Positions 11,900 through 23,935 of a DNA stretch of 64,000 nucleotides are shown here, in pieces; within the stretch, counting starts at the first letter, position 1, and each line of letters starts with the position of its first letter. The notes beneath the pieces are model-generated. The model was not told the origin of the DNA. It saw nothing but the letters and a program-made list of their open reading frames with translations, and searched no databases. Origin of the DNA: Macrostomum lignano (lineage: Eukaryota); NCBI GenBank assembly GCA_002269645.1, contig NIVC01003782.1, positions 12,974 to 76,973 of the forward strand. The letters are read 5' to 3'. Made by a program: the position numbers and the translations under genes.

Positions 11900-14800
11900 A
11901 GAGAATTACTAGCAATAATGTTTAGGTGCCAATATGTACAATTGTTTTATGTGGCCTATGTGTTTGTGATAATAGTAATATATTTGCTATTCATTAGCAC
12001 ATAGGGCATAGCCCAGTGGTTTAGCATGGCACTCTTATGTGCTACAAGCCTATGCCGAATTCCAAGTGTAGTAATATTAATTTGGGACTTCATTTATCAA
12101 TGCCCTTAAAGGCCAAACCCCCCAAGGCACAGTGAAGCATAAATACTTAAATAAAGTTAGGGCTACTATACACTTGTGAATTTGCCTATGCATATGATTG
12201 CATACATATTATTGCATTTTGTGTAGACCTGCTCAGGGAAGATTTTGAAATTTATAGTATGGTCTATAGCTCCCAATATAAAGTCAAAAGATGCCTCTAG
12301 GAAGTAGAATAGGATAAGCAGATATGACAGCCTATATAACTTACTCTGCATATGAATCAAGGATCCAAAAATATGAATCTGCATTGTTTAAAAGGGCTTT
12401 GACATTAATATCTATGGCATAAGAGTAGCCAATAGCATTTTTCCTTTAAAACTATATAAAGAAAATCTGTATATCCATTAATTATATCCCTAACAACTGA
12501 GCCTGAATTCCAAGTTCTAGCAGTTATTTTATCATTTGTTTATTTATTTGAAAATAACTTTATTCTTTAAGGCCAATTGCCAAGCTACAAGAGCAAGATT
12601 TTCATTTTCTCAGTTGAGCTTCAACAGTTTAAAACTATTAAGTTATAACAAGTTATACTAGTACATTTATCCCATTTAGCCAGGACATACAATCTTGTCA
12701 TTGATATGATGAGTTTATTATTCATGCATTGTCATTCTTGCTGAGTTGCATAGAAGTCATATGGAACCATTTATGATAAAGGATGGGTCCATAGATGACT
12801 ATGGATAATATATGCATAGTATAATGCTTGCTCTATTCATGATAATGCCATTATAATGCATCTTAAAAGATGTATTCTAGCTTTAAATTTGACAAGATCT
12901 GGCAGTGTTTAAAGATACCAAAACCAACCAGCAAAAGAAGATGAGCAACAAAGATCAAAAATAATACAACTGATGCTACTATTACTATATTATACCTAAG
13001 GTCTATAGCCATGCAGATTATTGTATATAATTAACTTATTTTTAGTGGCTGATAGTATTTTGCAACCAACCAATGAAAACTTAAAATCTGCCTTGTTTTT
13101 ACTCTTAAGCACAAGTGTCAATTCCCATTTTAAAAGCTATTTTTCAACTACACTTGTAACTACTCTATTCAGAATATATTCAGAAAATGATTACAACAAA
13201 GTTGAAAGCATCTCCTTTCAGAAACCATCAATGAGCAAAAGTAGCTATATGCTACTCCTATGTTGCAAGAGTGCAATAAAGATTCAATCAGTTTTTTTAA
13301 CAATATCAGCTTGGAAGATATAGAGAACACTTGTAACCCAGCTTCAGAGTGTAACTGACAATAGTGTTCAAGCTACCTTAATATATCAATGGGCTATCAC
13401 TTTTGGCATTTCTAAAGCTACTCTCAACTGCCTTTTAAAGCTGCTTATAACCTTCTTTCTAGTATTAAAATAATTTTATCCTGCTTGAAAACTATATGCT
13501 CTGTGAACAATAGTGGTATATATTAGAGGTTCATTTTTGTAAAATAAGCAAGGACAAGTGTAATATTCATCTTGAAAAAGACAAAGAACTGCTAACATCA
13601 ATTGATGACTCACCAATTGTAGGCAACACTAGAGAAGCACCTTGAAACTATAAAGCAGTTATGAATATAAGCTATATGATAGCAGTTAAAGCTAAGTATA
13701 AGAAAATATATTCATTTGTATTTGCTCCTTTTTGCCAATATGACCATTTATTTTTATTTAGTTCTAATGCTGCAAATAGAAAATTGAGCTTGGTTTTGAT
13801 ACTCCAAAAAAAAACAAATAGAAAGAACATTGCTTATACACAAAGAAAAAATGTACTAATAAGTGGCAGGAAAAGCACAATGAATTGCTTTGCAGAATGA
13901 TGCATTTGATATATAAAAAGGAAGGTATAAAAAAGCTTTGCAATTTACCTTCTGACTATTGATATTGTGGTTGTGACTTAGAGGGTATATTCTAAATGTC
14001 TAACAATCTAGCACTGCTATAGCCTTCCATATTGTTGAGAGATAGAATATAAATTTTTAGACCAATTATTTGTTTGTTATAGTTTTTTGTTTTTAAAGAC
14101 TCTTTAACACCTTACAGTCTAATCTTGAATCTTGAATAATAGTCTATTATTTATACTTTATTGGCTAAAAAAATAAGAAAAATAGTTGACCTATTTTGTA
14201 TATTATATTAGCTATTGCTACTAAATAGTATTATTTGTTCTTTTTATTTTAAATTGGTTGCCACTTGCTTAATACTTTTAATATTTTTATGAAAAAAAAA
14301 CTTTTTTTTCTGCAAAATACTACATGCCCCAACCCCAGAATTTTTGGTCTCTTTTTTTAACCATTTTCAATGCATCATTTTTCTGGTCATTGTCCTATCT
14401 GTGTCCTAGTTTTGGTTTTCTATTTTCCCACCTATGGTCCATTGTTTCCCCATTTTTGGTCACTTAATTTCTCAAACTTTATTTCTACACAAATTTTGCT
14501 CCTGTCCAACATTCTGCCTATCCCTTGCCTTATGCGCCCATCCAAGCCCTGTCCCATGCGTTGGAGTTTTGTTTTGTCAATATTTATATGTTGCCTCTAA
14601 TGCTGCCATCTTTAAATTAAAGGCTTGCCCCTCTCTTGCTCTTTCTCTCACTTTCACTGTTCTGTCTCAATCTATTTTTTGATTTCTTTGCTCCTTGTGT
14701 TCTAATTACCATAGCAACCACTTACTTTATTCAATCTTAAAGCACTGCGGTACCAGCTGGCTCTATCTATCAATTGTAGTCGGAATATTTATTGTCTGCT

Positions 14801-17800
14801 AAACAATTACTTGCTCATCTGGTCATCTAGTTAATAATAAAAAACATCAATAACATTTATTCCTTATTAATTAGTTAGCTCTAAATAGTTTATCCTGAGT
14901 CATTTGCCTGTGGGACATAAAACAACCCTAAAGTTCTTAGCTTTGGGAATTTAATATTCTATAATACATAAATTACTGTGGTGGCAGCTCTACCCTATTT
15001 TTAGCAATCAGTTCAAAAAATTGATGCATTAAATTATGGTGTCAGAAGCTCCAGTGTATAACATTTTGAACAACCATGCTGCTTAACAACTGCTTGACCA
15101 CAAATATCCTCCCCCAGAATTGAGGACCCAGCACTTAGAATAAAATCAGAGAAAATTTTGTTGCAATTGTTTGCATAATTTTGTAATTTGTGCCCTTAGC
15201 AAAGTACATATATGTTGACTACTATTTGATATTTAAAGTAAAATTTGACCAGCTCATAGTTTTAATTTATAAACTACTATCAACTTTGCCATTGCTATTT
15301 TTCTTAAATGTTGCCTGTTTATATTTATCTGTTTATCTAATAAATATATACCTGTTTATCTGTTTATATTTAGTATATTATTTCTATTCCTATTGCTATG
15401 CCTAGTACACCAATGGCCAATGACCCAAGACTATTCCAGGTGATGCCATTACCACTTATTCTAGCTTTGCTAGATCTAATAATGAGCTACTCAATGCCCT
15501 AGAGCCCCTAGCCAATGAAGATCTACTAACTCTGGCTAATAGCCTTAACTAGCTTAGACTTCTTTAACAAGGTAAGAGCTACTTCAATGGCCCTAAAACC
15601 CAAGGTGATATAGCTGCTAGAGTCAGATTGGTATCTCATGCCTCCAATGCCACTATCAGCTTAGACAAGTGGATCTAGCCAAGAGTCTCAGGATGCTCAA
15701 AGACCTAGCAAGCATGCACCAGCCTCTTAGCTAGCTGTCACAATATCCTAACAACTTATAGAACTCTTGCTAAAGGAGCTTAGAGATTTGAGGAACACTG
15801 ACTAAGTGAACAATGGCAAACACTAGAGGTGCCTTGCCAACCAATATGGCCTATTGGCTGCTATGTAGGCAATTGACATTGTTGCTAAAGTTCTTGGCAA
15901 CTGCATTTAGATTAGCAATAGATGAAGACCACACTGTAGCTTGTAGATAGGCCCTGCCACTAATATTAGAATAGCTATTCCAATATGCTTGCATGGCCAA
16001 CTTAGTCCTAGCCTTTAGCTACCTAGGACTATTAGCCTAAGATGCAGTGGCCAAAGATCAATAAGGTGCCTACCTAGCCAGATGCTAAAGATGCATTTGG
16101 CTAAAATTAAAGAAGACCTGGCCCCTAAAGAGTGAGCCTAAAAGGCTATTTTTTCTAAATATGATTTTTTCATGCAATTGCCCTATGCATGTAGCAGTGG
16201 GGCTACCACTATTTGATATCATTCTCTCTTATTTGGATTTTTTTCTTATGTTTGGTCCAGTCTAACTATCCTAAGGTGTACCCCATGATGTGGATTTTGT
16301 TATCCTCCTTTTCCCAGTTTCGGTCTTTGTATTGGTGCTTTTTTGCTCTCTTTTGGTCTTTTTGCCATTTCCATTTTTGTTTTTTAACTTTTTTCTTTTG
16401 CTTCTTTGTCATTTTCTAGCCAAACCCTATGCTAATCTCTTGATTTTTTTACCTATCTACATGTCCATTGCCTGGCCCCATTTGTTAAATACCAAAATTT
16501 TTGTTACTATTTAACTTATCTACCTTTGCTTATCTATGTTTAACTTTCTAGCTAATATAAGAATTACCAAACAATGGCAAACATTGGTTTTATTCCTTGT
16601 TATGTGCTCTTATTCTTTTCTTACCTTTGTTCTTGAGTATTTATATATTTACTACTAACTTTAGTGCTGGAGTCCTAGACTCTGAAAGGTTACATGTATA
16701 CTAGAAAATTCTGATATACAAATGACCCCTTCCAAAGCTAGCATACAAATTTTGGTATACAAATTCATGCAATTTTTTGGTATACAAGTATTGGTGAATA
16801 AATTCATGCTATGTATGAGTATTAGGGCCTGTAATGTAAATTAACATAATATAATATAACATAATATAAGGGAAAATTAGATAGTCTAGAAAGTCAATGA
16901 AAAACATTTTGCTTCTTTAAAATTAGCAATAAATAAAATTAGTATAAATTATTGCTAAGAACATAAATTTTACATCATTATTTTTATAAGCAAAATTTAA
17001 GTTTGTTTAAAATAAAAAATTGTAATATTTTAAAATATTTTTTGTACAAAAGCCTTTTTTTAGGAAACTTTATTTATGAAAACTAAATGACATTTTTAGG
17101 AATTTTTGGTATACATTTTAAGGAATTTTTTAGTTTTTGGCACACACTGGCATACATTCAGCTACTATAAGATTCTTGTTCTAGTGTATATTAGACCTAT
17201 TATATAATCCAGACCCTGGCTTGAGTTTTCTTCAAATTAGCCTCTTTCTACCATGGTAACTGCAAATTATCTTGCATAACAGCTTGGCCAAACTGATTAT
17301 ATATCTTTTCCAATAATAAATAGTAGCAATTTATATATTACTTTTTGAGCAATAAGTCTATAGCTTTAGCCTCTATCTTAAATATTTGGTTGTCAAGAAA
17401 GTTCCTGGCTATTCTCAAAAATTTTACAGCGTGGTTTAAGTTTAATGGAAAGTTCTAGAAACCTGGGGCATGTGGGTATATAGGGGGTGTGAGTATGCAT
17501 ATTTTCTAGCTTTTCACTTATCTAGCAACTATTAACATGGCAGCAAATAAGTCACTGCAAAAATCTTCTATTTGCATTTGCTTATTGTATGACTTTAAAT
17601 TTGGCCTGAGCGGCTCCAAATCCAGTCACCGTATCAATGCTGCATTTGGCAAAGGTACCGTGTCTGTGTCAATAGCCAATGACTGGTTTCAATGATTCCG
17701 CACTGGCGACGAATCCATTGAAGATCAGCCACGATTGGGTAGGCCTTCCGAAGTTGATAACAAAGAAATTGGCTCTATGGTGGAAGCTGACCCACATCTG

Positions 17801-18770
17801 ACAACACATGAAATAGTGGCTAACCTTTGGTGTTTCATACAACCCTATTTAACAAACTGCATGCCATTGGCAAGGTTTCAAAACTCAACAAGTGGGTGCC
17901 CCACCACCTCAGCAACTTTGACCATCAGTGGCAGGCGGAGGCGGCAACTTTTATTGCTCTTGTTCCGGTGTACCACAGCTTGGCTAGAGTCAATTGTGAC
18001 TAGAGATAAAAAATGGGTGCTTTATGTCAACAAGAAGTGCCAACAATCTTGGGTCTCTAAGAATCAACCACCGCAGCAGCATCCAAAACCAGAGTTGCAC
18101 CCACAAAAGGTCATGCTGTCTATATGGTAGGACAGCAAAGGTATCCTGTACTATGAGCTGCTTCTTTGCAACACCACTGTCACAGCCAAGGTCTACTGCC
18201 AACAACTGCAGAAGGTGGCTGAGAAAATTAATAAACTATGTCCAGGGCACGGCAAAGTTTGTTTCCTTCACGACAACACCTGACCACATACGGCTAAGAT
18301 GATCTACCAGAAATTGCTACAACTAGGGTGGGAGATTCTCCCATACCCACCATATTCTCCCACACCAATAGCTTAAAAACTTCTTCAAATTGAAGCCAGC
18401 TAGTCTCTATAGTGATGGTATCAAAAGTCTACCAGAAAAATGGCAGAAGGTCATTGACTCAGATGAGGACTATTTTGATATTTGATGCAATTCAGCATCT
18501 AAAAAACTTGGGCTGATGGAACATTCTAGAATTGCCAGGAACTTTCTTGACAACCAAACTTTATTTGCGAGATAAACAATAACAGATTCTCAAATCTAAG
18601 CAAGCTCTAAAATTAAGAATCTAATATTCTATAATAGGCCCTATATTAGTAATTACTATTAAGCAAATAATAGGAAGTATATAGGCCCAGCTTACTTCAA
18701 ATAATTATACTTACCTTAGCTAGCTACCAGGCTTAGTAAAGAACTTAAAATGTTATAATGTGTAGCGGTT
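11900..18770. other. CpG-erased, TpA/CTAG-rich hypermutated block, probably a decayed transposon with a nested mariner
   Basis: By eye, no CG in ~12060-14530, ~14790-16320 or ~16325-17420, whereas the flanks are CG-rich. CTAG is conspicuously frequent at 15400-16200. No long ORFs. Element family not identifiable. Confidence 0.75.
17385..18558 (+). mobile_element. Mariner transposon, defective (stops, frameshifts, internal deletion)
   Basis: Perfect 25-bp TIRs TTTGGTTGTCAAGAAAGTTCCTGGC (17385-17409) and its inverse (18534-18558), with TA at left. Transposase remnants: GRPS, KWVPH, VT(G)D(E)KW, HPQKVMLSIW, HDN(AR)PH, PPYSP. Confidence 0.95.
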
Positions 18771-18949
18771 CGGGGCGGGGCGGTGCATGTTTTAGCGAGA
18801 CCCCGCCTATTAAAATGCCTATTTAAAAACTAAAAGTAAAACACCGAAATTGAACATTCTAGCTAAAAAAACCTTAAAACAAATATATATATAACTAAAA
18901 AACCTATCACAATTGTTGGTGATGCCATAGATACAATATAAATATACCA

Positions 18950-19930
18950 AAAAACTGTACAAGTAAATGAATTTAAATACCTGGGAATTATTTTTGAACC
19001 AAAAAACAGCTTTAAAAATGTATTGAACACCAAACTAAGCAGGGATATACAGCCATGTTTTCCCTACTCCATAGGGTAAAGAATACGTCCCTAGACATCA
19101 CACTCATTCGCAGACTATTTGACGCACTTGTTACCCCCGTTATCACTTGCGGTTGTGAGCTCTGGGGCCCTCTGGCTACCATGTCTGATACAAAAGCTAT
19201 TGATAATATTCAGCTGAAATTCTACAAATATCTCCTCAATCTACCAAAATTTGCTAGCAACAGTGTGGTATCATCAGAACTTGAGCTTACTCCAATCTCT
19301 CAACGAATCGCTAAAACCTACCTCATCTACTGGCTGAAGATTAGACACAAAAAACTCTGCCAAACGACTCTAGAAATTTTCTACTCAAACACCGGCCAAA
19401 AAAATCCATGGAAAATGAATGTACTAAAGAAACTAGAAAGTATAGACCTAAAAGCACTAACTGAAGATAAACTTTCCCAAAGCTTTAATAACGAGAAATA
19501 CCTAGTGAAAAAGCACCTCAAGATACACAGAGAAAGAGAACTTAGCCAAAAGCTAGAGAATCAGCAACATATTAAACTCTACAAAAACGCCTATCTCTAC
19601 AAAAAAATCTGCAGGCCCGACCTTTCAGATTTCTTTCCATGTACATTTAGAAACAAAAAATTCTTAACAACCCTCCTAAAACTGAAATGCGAGATTACAC
19701 CCAACTTTTTTTCTCAAGAACCATGTAAAATGTGTGGAGCGCGAAATGGTTCTGACATTCTACACTACTTGACCGAATGTCCACAAACTGAAGAGATCAG
19801 GAAAAAATACTTCTGTCAATACCTCTTAAATAGCAATCAAATACACAAGATAGGATATGCTACAAATGAAAAAAGAGTCAGAAAAGAGCTCACTGGTGTA
19901 GCTAAAATATATGAAGTCATGAATAGCTAA
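18950..19930 (+). mobile_element. 5'-truncated non-LTR retrotransposon ORF2 C-terminus (RT thumb and Cys/His knuckle)
   Basis: EFKYLG upstream in frame, LFDALVTPVITCGCELWG, IQLKFYKYLL, and C-terminal CKMC..DILHYLTECP. Confidence 0.85.
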
Positions 19931-20468
19931 AACAGTTAAACAAACTGAATCAGATACATCAGCAGTGTAACAAATCCGCTTTTCAGTTGTTTATTCATTT
20001 ACTGTCTTTTTTAATTTCCTATATTTAAATCGTCGTTATTCGTTAAACGTAAAATTCTTTCGAAGTATTGTTTATGTTCGTTTTTCACGCTTTGAAATAT
20101 CACGCGCTTTCAAAAATACTACATCTTTTTTTTTTTTACAAACTCGCTTACCAAAGTAATCTCGCAATTAAAGCTATACCTCGTAATTTGTACTCATTTT
20201 TGTATTAATATTTATACTCGTTGTTAGTTGTTAGTCGTCACTTTTCGTCTAAAAATACCGTAAAAATTCTGGCGCGCTTTCAAATACTTTATCTTTTACA
20301 ATAACTCAGCAAATCGTCGTCAAATCGTCTTTATAAACTTCTATATTCGAAAATTCCAAATACATAGCTCTATAATATATTGGCCAAACAGGCTAATTGC
20401 CTGAGCCAAATTCTCTTACTACTACTACTACTATGTTCATTTCCTTTAAATTTTTCCACAAAAATTAC

Positions 20469-20779
20469 TTTAGTGTACTTCGGCAGGAACCATTGTAAGT
20501 ACGAAGCTAAAAAACTGAGATCTGGAAGAAAACATTATCAATCTAGAAGCCTACAAGACGCCAAGGCTCCATCTGTTCCCTACTCGAACTTACAGACTCA
20601 CAAGTCCCCCCTGCTCAGTACACTCAGCTGCAGAAAGTACTTTAGTGTACTTCGGCAGGAACCATTGTGAGTACGAAGCTGAAAACTGAGATCTGGAAGG
20701 AAACATTATCAATCTAGAAGCCTACAAGACGCCAAGGCTCCATCTGTTCCCTACTCGAACTTACAGACTCCTAAGTCCC
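20469..20779. repeat. Direct duplication of ~140 bp, period 172
   Basis: TTTAGTGTACTTCGGCAGGAACCATTGT...TTACAGACTC starts at both 20469 and 20641. Confidence 0.9.
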
Positions 20780-21919
20780 GGCGGGCTCAGTAAATTGAAC
20801 TTTTTTCATTTTTAAATTTTGCACGCGAGTGTCGAAATTTGTGCGTTTTCCGTTACCTGGAGTGAGGTCACTCCCGGCGTTGGCTTTTGCTTGCTCCCCC
20901 TCTTCATGCACTTGCTTACCAGACGCGGGACGTGAGCTGTAAATTTTGTTTTCCCATTGTGAATTTAATGCCGCCCCCGCGTTATGCCCTTTTTCGTGTT
21001 TCTGCCTCCATGATCATGCCCCGCCGGTGTTCCAATGAGTGACCGGTAATTTTTCCTCTTGTAAATAGGTGCGATGCCACGAGACTTTTCTGCATGCCTC
21101 CTCCTCCCTCCTTCTGCTTCTCCCTTTCTCGTTTTGTTGCTCATTTACTTGTTTAGCTCAATTTTCTTGTTTAATTAGCCTTCGCGCACCGGCACCCGCG
21201 ATCAGTATCGTCGTAAAACATTAACCGCAATCTTCTGTAATTGTTTTAATTAGTGACAGCATCAGAAATTTTATTATCCAGTCTGCTAAATAACAACTAA
21301 ACCTAATAAACCTTAATTTGCTAATATTTATTCGTTTAAACCAAAGCCATGGTATTTCTTGAGGATCACGCCCGGGGGCGTAAAATAACCTGAAGTTCTC
21401 AGCTCAAAGAAAGCTCCGAGACTTATTCGTTCCGTAATACGTAAATTATGGTGGTGGCAGCAACTACCCACCCACTGAAAGTAATAAGCTCAGCAAATTA
21501 ACGCATTATTTTATCGGCGCCAAAAGCTCTGGTGTCTACCATTTGAACGACCGTGCCGCTAACGACCGCTCCGCTACGATTACGACTACCCTCCCCCCGG
21601 ACTTGAGAACCCGGCAGTCGGAGTAAAACAGGAGAAAGATTTCGTTGTGATTCGTCTGCGCGATTTTCCGGTTTTATACGTGCGAACACAACTCCGGCGG
21701 CAATTCAAAACGTGGAATCCGCCATACCTCACTGGTGTCAGCAATTAAATTCAAACAGACCAATTTTCCAAGAAACTTTCTCCACCCCCACCTCATAAGT
21801 TTAAAAAATATTTTTTTTGTGATTATAATAAATTTTACGCGTGTGATTTTTATTCTAAATACTAAAATATGCTAAGAGTAGGTTTATACAGAGCATTAAT
21901 TCTGTAGCTTCACTATTAA

Positions 21920-22300
21920 AGCTTATAATATAACCGAACAGGTTGGTTTTTTCTTTTAATCACTTGGCATTGGCAGTATTGAGTTGTTGTTCTAATCCAC
22001 CTAACTTTCGTCTTATTCTCTTAACGGTGCTAGAGCTAATTTTGAGACCGAATTCTGACCTTACTCTTAGACAGATGTCACCATGCAACTGAGAGATGCG
22101 TCCCTCAGATTTCTTAATAAGGGTGTCAATATAAATCGCATGTTCAAAATCACACTTGGTTTCGTTTTCCCTTCGAGTGATGGTACTTCTTTTAGAAATT
22201 AGATAGAGTCGAACAGCAGACTGTGAAACCCCAATGGTCCTACTAACGTCATTTACAAATTTATGCTCTTATAAAAACATTCTCCCAATGTCCATTTTTT
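21920..22300 (-). pseudogene. Degenerate IS630/Tc1-like transposase N-terminal (HTH) fragment
   Basis: Minus strand reads VSRTIGVSQSAVRLY...FGLKISSSTVKRIRRKLG, then with a frameshift WIRTTTQYCQ..IKRKNQPVRL (LGW..YCQ.I..N..R pattern). Confidence 0.6.
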
Positions 22301-22926
22301 GAGAGGATGATAAACGGTAACAAAGAAAATTCGTATACTCGTCAGACAAATGCTAGGGCTAATACTGCAGTATATATGCTTGGGACACACAGAACATATA
22401 AGAATTTTATATGGTCATTCAATACAGCCAGCCTCGCAATGCAATCTGCTTGAAAAATCAAAAATCAAAAATATAAAAACATAACTAGTTTCTGCACAAG
22501 TCACCGACTAGCTCTATCTAAAAATGTGTTGAAATTTAGGTTTCAGGCTACAGATACAGCTTGGCAATTCCTGATTGATTTTCCTGAATGGCCGCCTTCG
22601 AATATCTGGAAAGCGGATTAATCTAGAGACACGATTCTTTCTGCGGGTGATACCGACTGGCACACTCTAATGATGTGTAGAATCCCATAGCTGAGGCTAC
22701 TGATACAGCTTGGCAAAAGCTGTACCCCCACCAACTGTCACCCCACCGAGTCATTCTCTCTCTGTTGCGGTTTGGTGGGGGAGGCTGTCAGTACTCTCCC
22801 AATTGGCCGTGCTTCAACCAATAGGAACAAATATTCTATAGAATTCTATAGAATTCCAGAACAATTCTATGGAAAAATCATGTCTTTCCGTGAACCCAAC
22901 TGCATACAATACTATATCTCAGGGAC

Positions 22927-22995
22927 CAGGGGATCTCCAAACTCCAGCCCGCGGCCACATGCGGCCCGCGAAGCCTCTCTATCCGGCCCCCGGGT
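22927..22995 (+). mobile_element. hAT (Charlie-like) left-end fragment
   Basis: CAGGGGATCTCCAAAC followed by GCGGCC/GGCCCGC subterminal motifs; no matching right end seen. Confidence 0.45.
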
Positions 22996-23084
22996 CCTCT
23001 AAAACTTCACAAATGCAATCCAGCCTGCTCAGGGTTTGTGCCTCTTCTCAGCTCTCTTCTCTCTAATCTCCTATATCTTTTCTT

Positions 23085-23935
23085 CACTCTCTTCTCTTCT
23101 CCACCCCGCCTTTTCCCTTTCCCTTCTCTCTTCTATTCTCTCCCTTCTCTCCTTCCGCTTTTCTTCTCCCCTTATCTTATCTCCCTTCTCTCTTCTCCCT
23201 TCTCTCCTTCCGCTTTTCTTCTCCCCTTATCTTATCTCCCTTCTCTCTTCTCCCTTCTCTCCTTCCGCTTTTCTTCTCCCCTTATCTTATCTCCCTTCTC
23301 TCTTCTCCCTTCTCTCCTTCCGCTTTTCTTCTCCCCTTATCTTATCTCCCTTCTCTCTTCTCCCTTCTCTCCTTCCGCTTTTCTTCTCCCCTTATCTTAT
23401 CTCCCTTCTCTCTTCTCCCTTCTCTCCTTCCGCTTTTCTTCTCCCCTTATCTTATCTCCCTTCTCTCTTCTCCCTTCTCTCCTTCCGCTTTTCTTCTCCC
23501 CTTATCTTATCTCCCTTCTCTCTTCTCCCTTCTCTCCTTCCGCTTTTCTTCTCCCCTTATCTTATCTCCCTTCTCTCTTCTCCCTTCTCTCCTTCCGCTT
23601 TTCTTCTCCCCTTATCTTATCTCCCTTCTCTCTTCTCCCTTCTCTCCTTCCGCTTTTCTTCTCCCCTTATCTTATCTCCCTTCTCTCTTCTCCCTTCTCT
23701 CCTTCCGCTTTTCTTCTCCCCTTATCTTATCTCCCTTCTCTCTTCTCCCTTCTCTCCTTCCGCTTTTCTTCTCCCCTTATCTTATCTCCCTTCTCTCTTC
23801 TCCCTTCTCTCCTTCCGCTTTTCTTCTCCCCTTATCTTATCTCCCTTCTCTCTTCTCCCTTCTCTCCTTCCGCTTTTCTTCTACCCTTATCTTATCCGGC
23901 CCTTCTCTCTTCTCCTTTCTCTTCTCTCCCTTCTC
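23085..23935. repeat. Highly homogeneous 55-bp CT-rich minisatellite (~14 copies)
   Basis: Unit TTTTCTTCTCCCCTTATCTTATCTCCCTTCTCTCTTCTCCCTTCTCTCCTTCCGC; 55-aa period in ORFs 23036 and 23038. Confidence 0.96.

Noticed and set aside
12166-12384. Weak resemblance to a MULE transposase C-terminal motif (FP..T.N..H..F..PN)
   Set aside because: Too degraded, and no upstream DDE motifs were found; family left unassigned.
20850-21480. Possible snRNA or ribozyme (TTACCTGG, AATTTTT Sm-like site, CACGCCC hairpin)
   Set aside because: Does not extend into U1/U2/U4/U5 or hammerhead/HDV consensus on inspection; an Infernal/Rfam scan would be needed.
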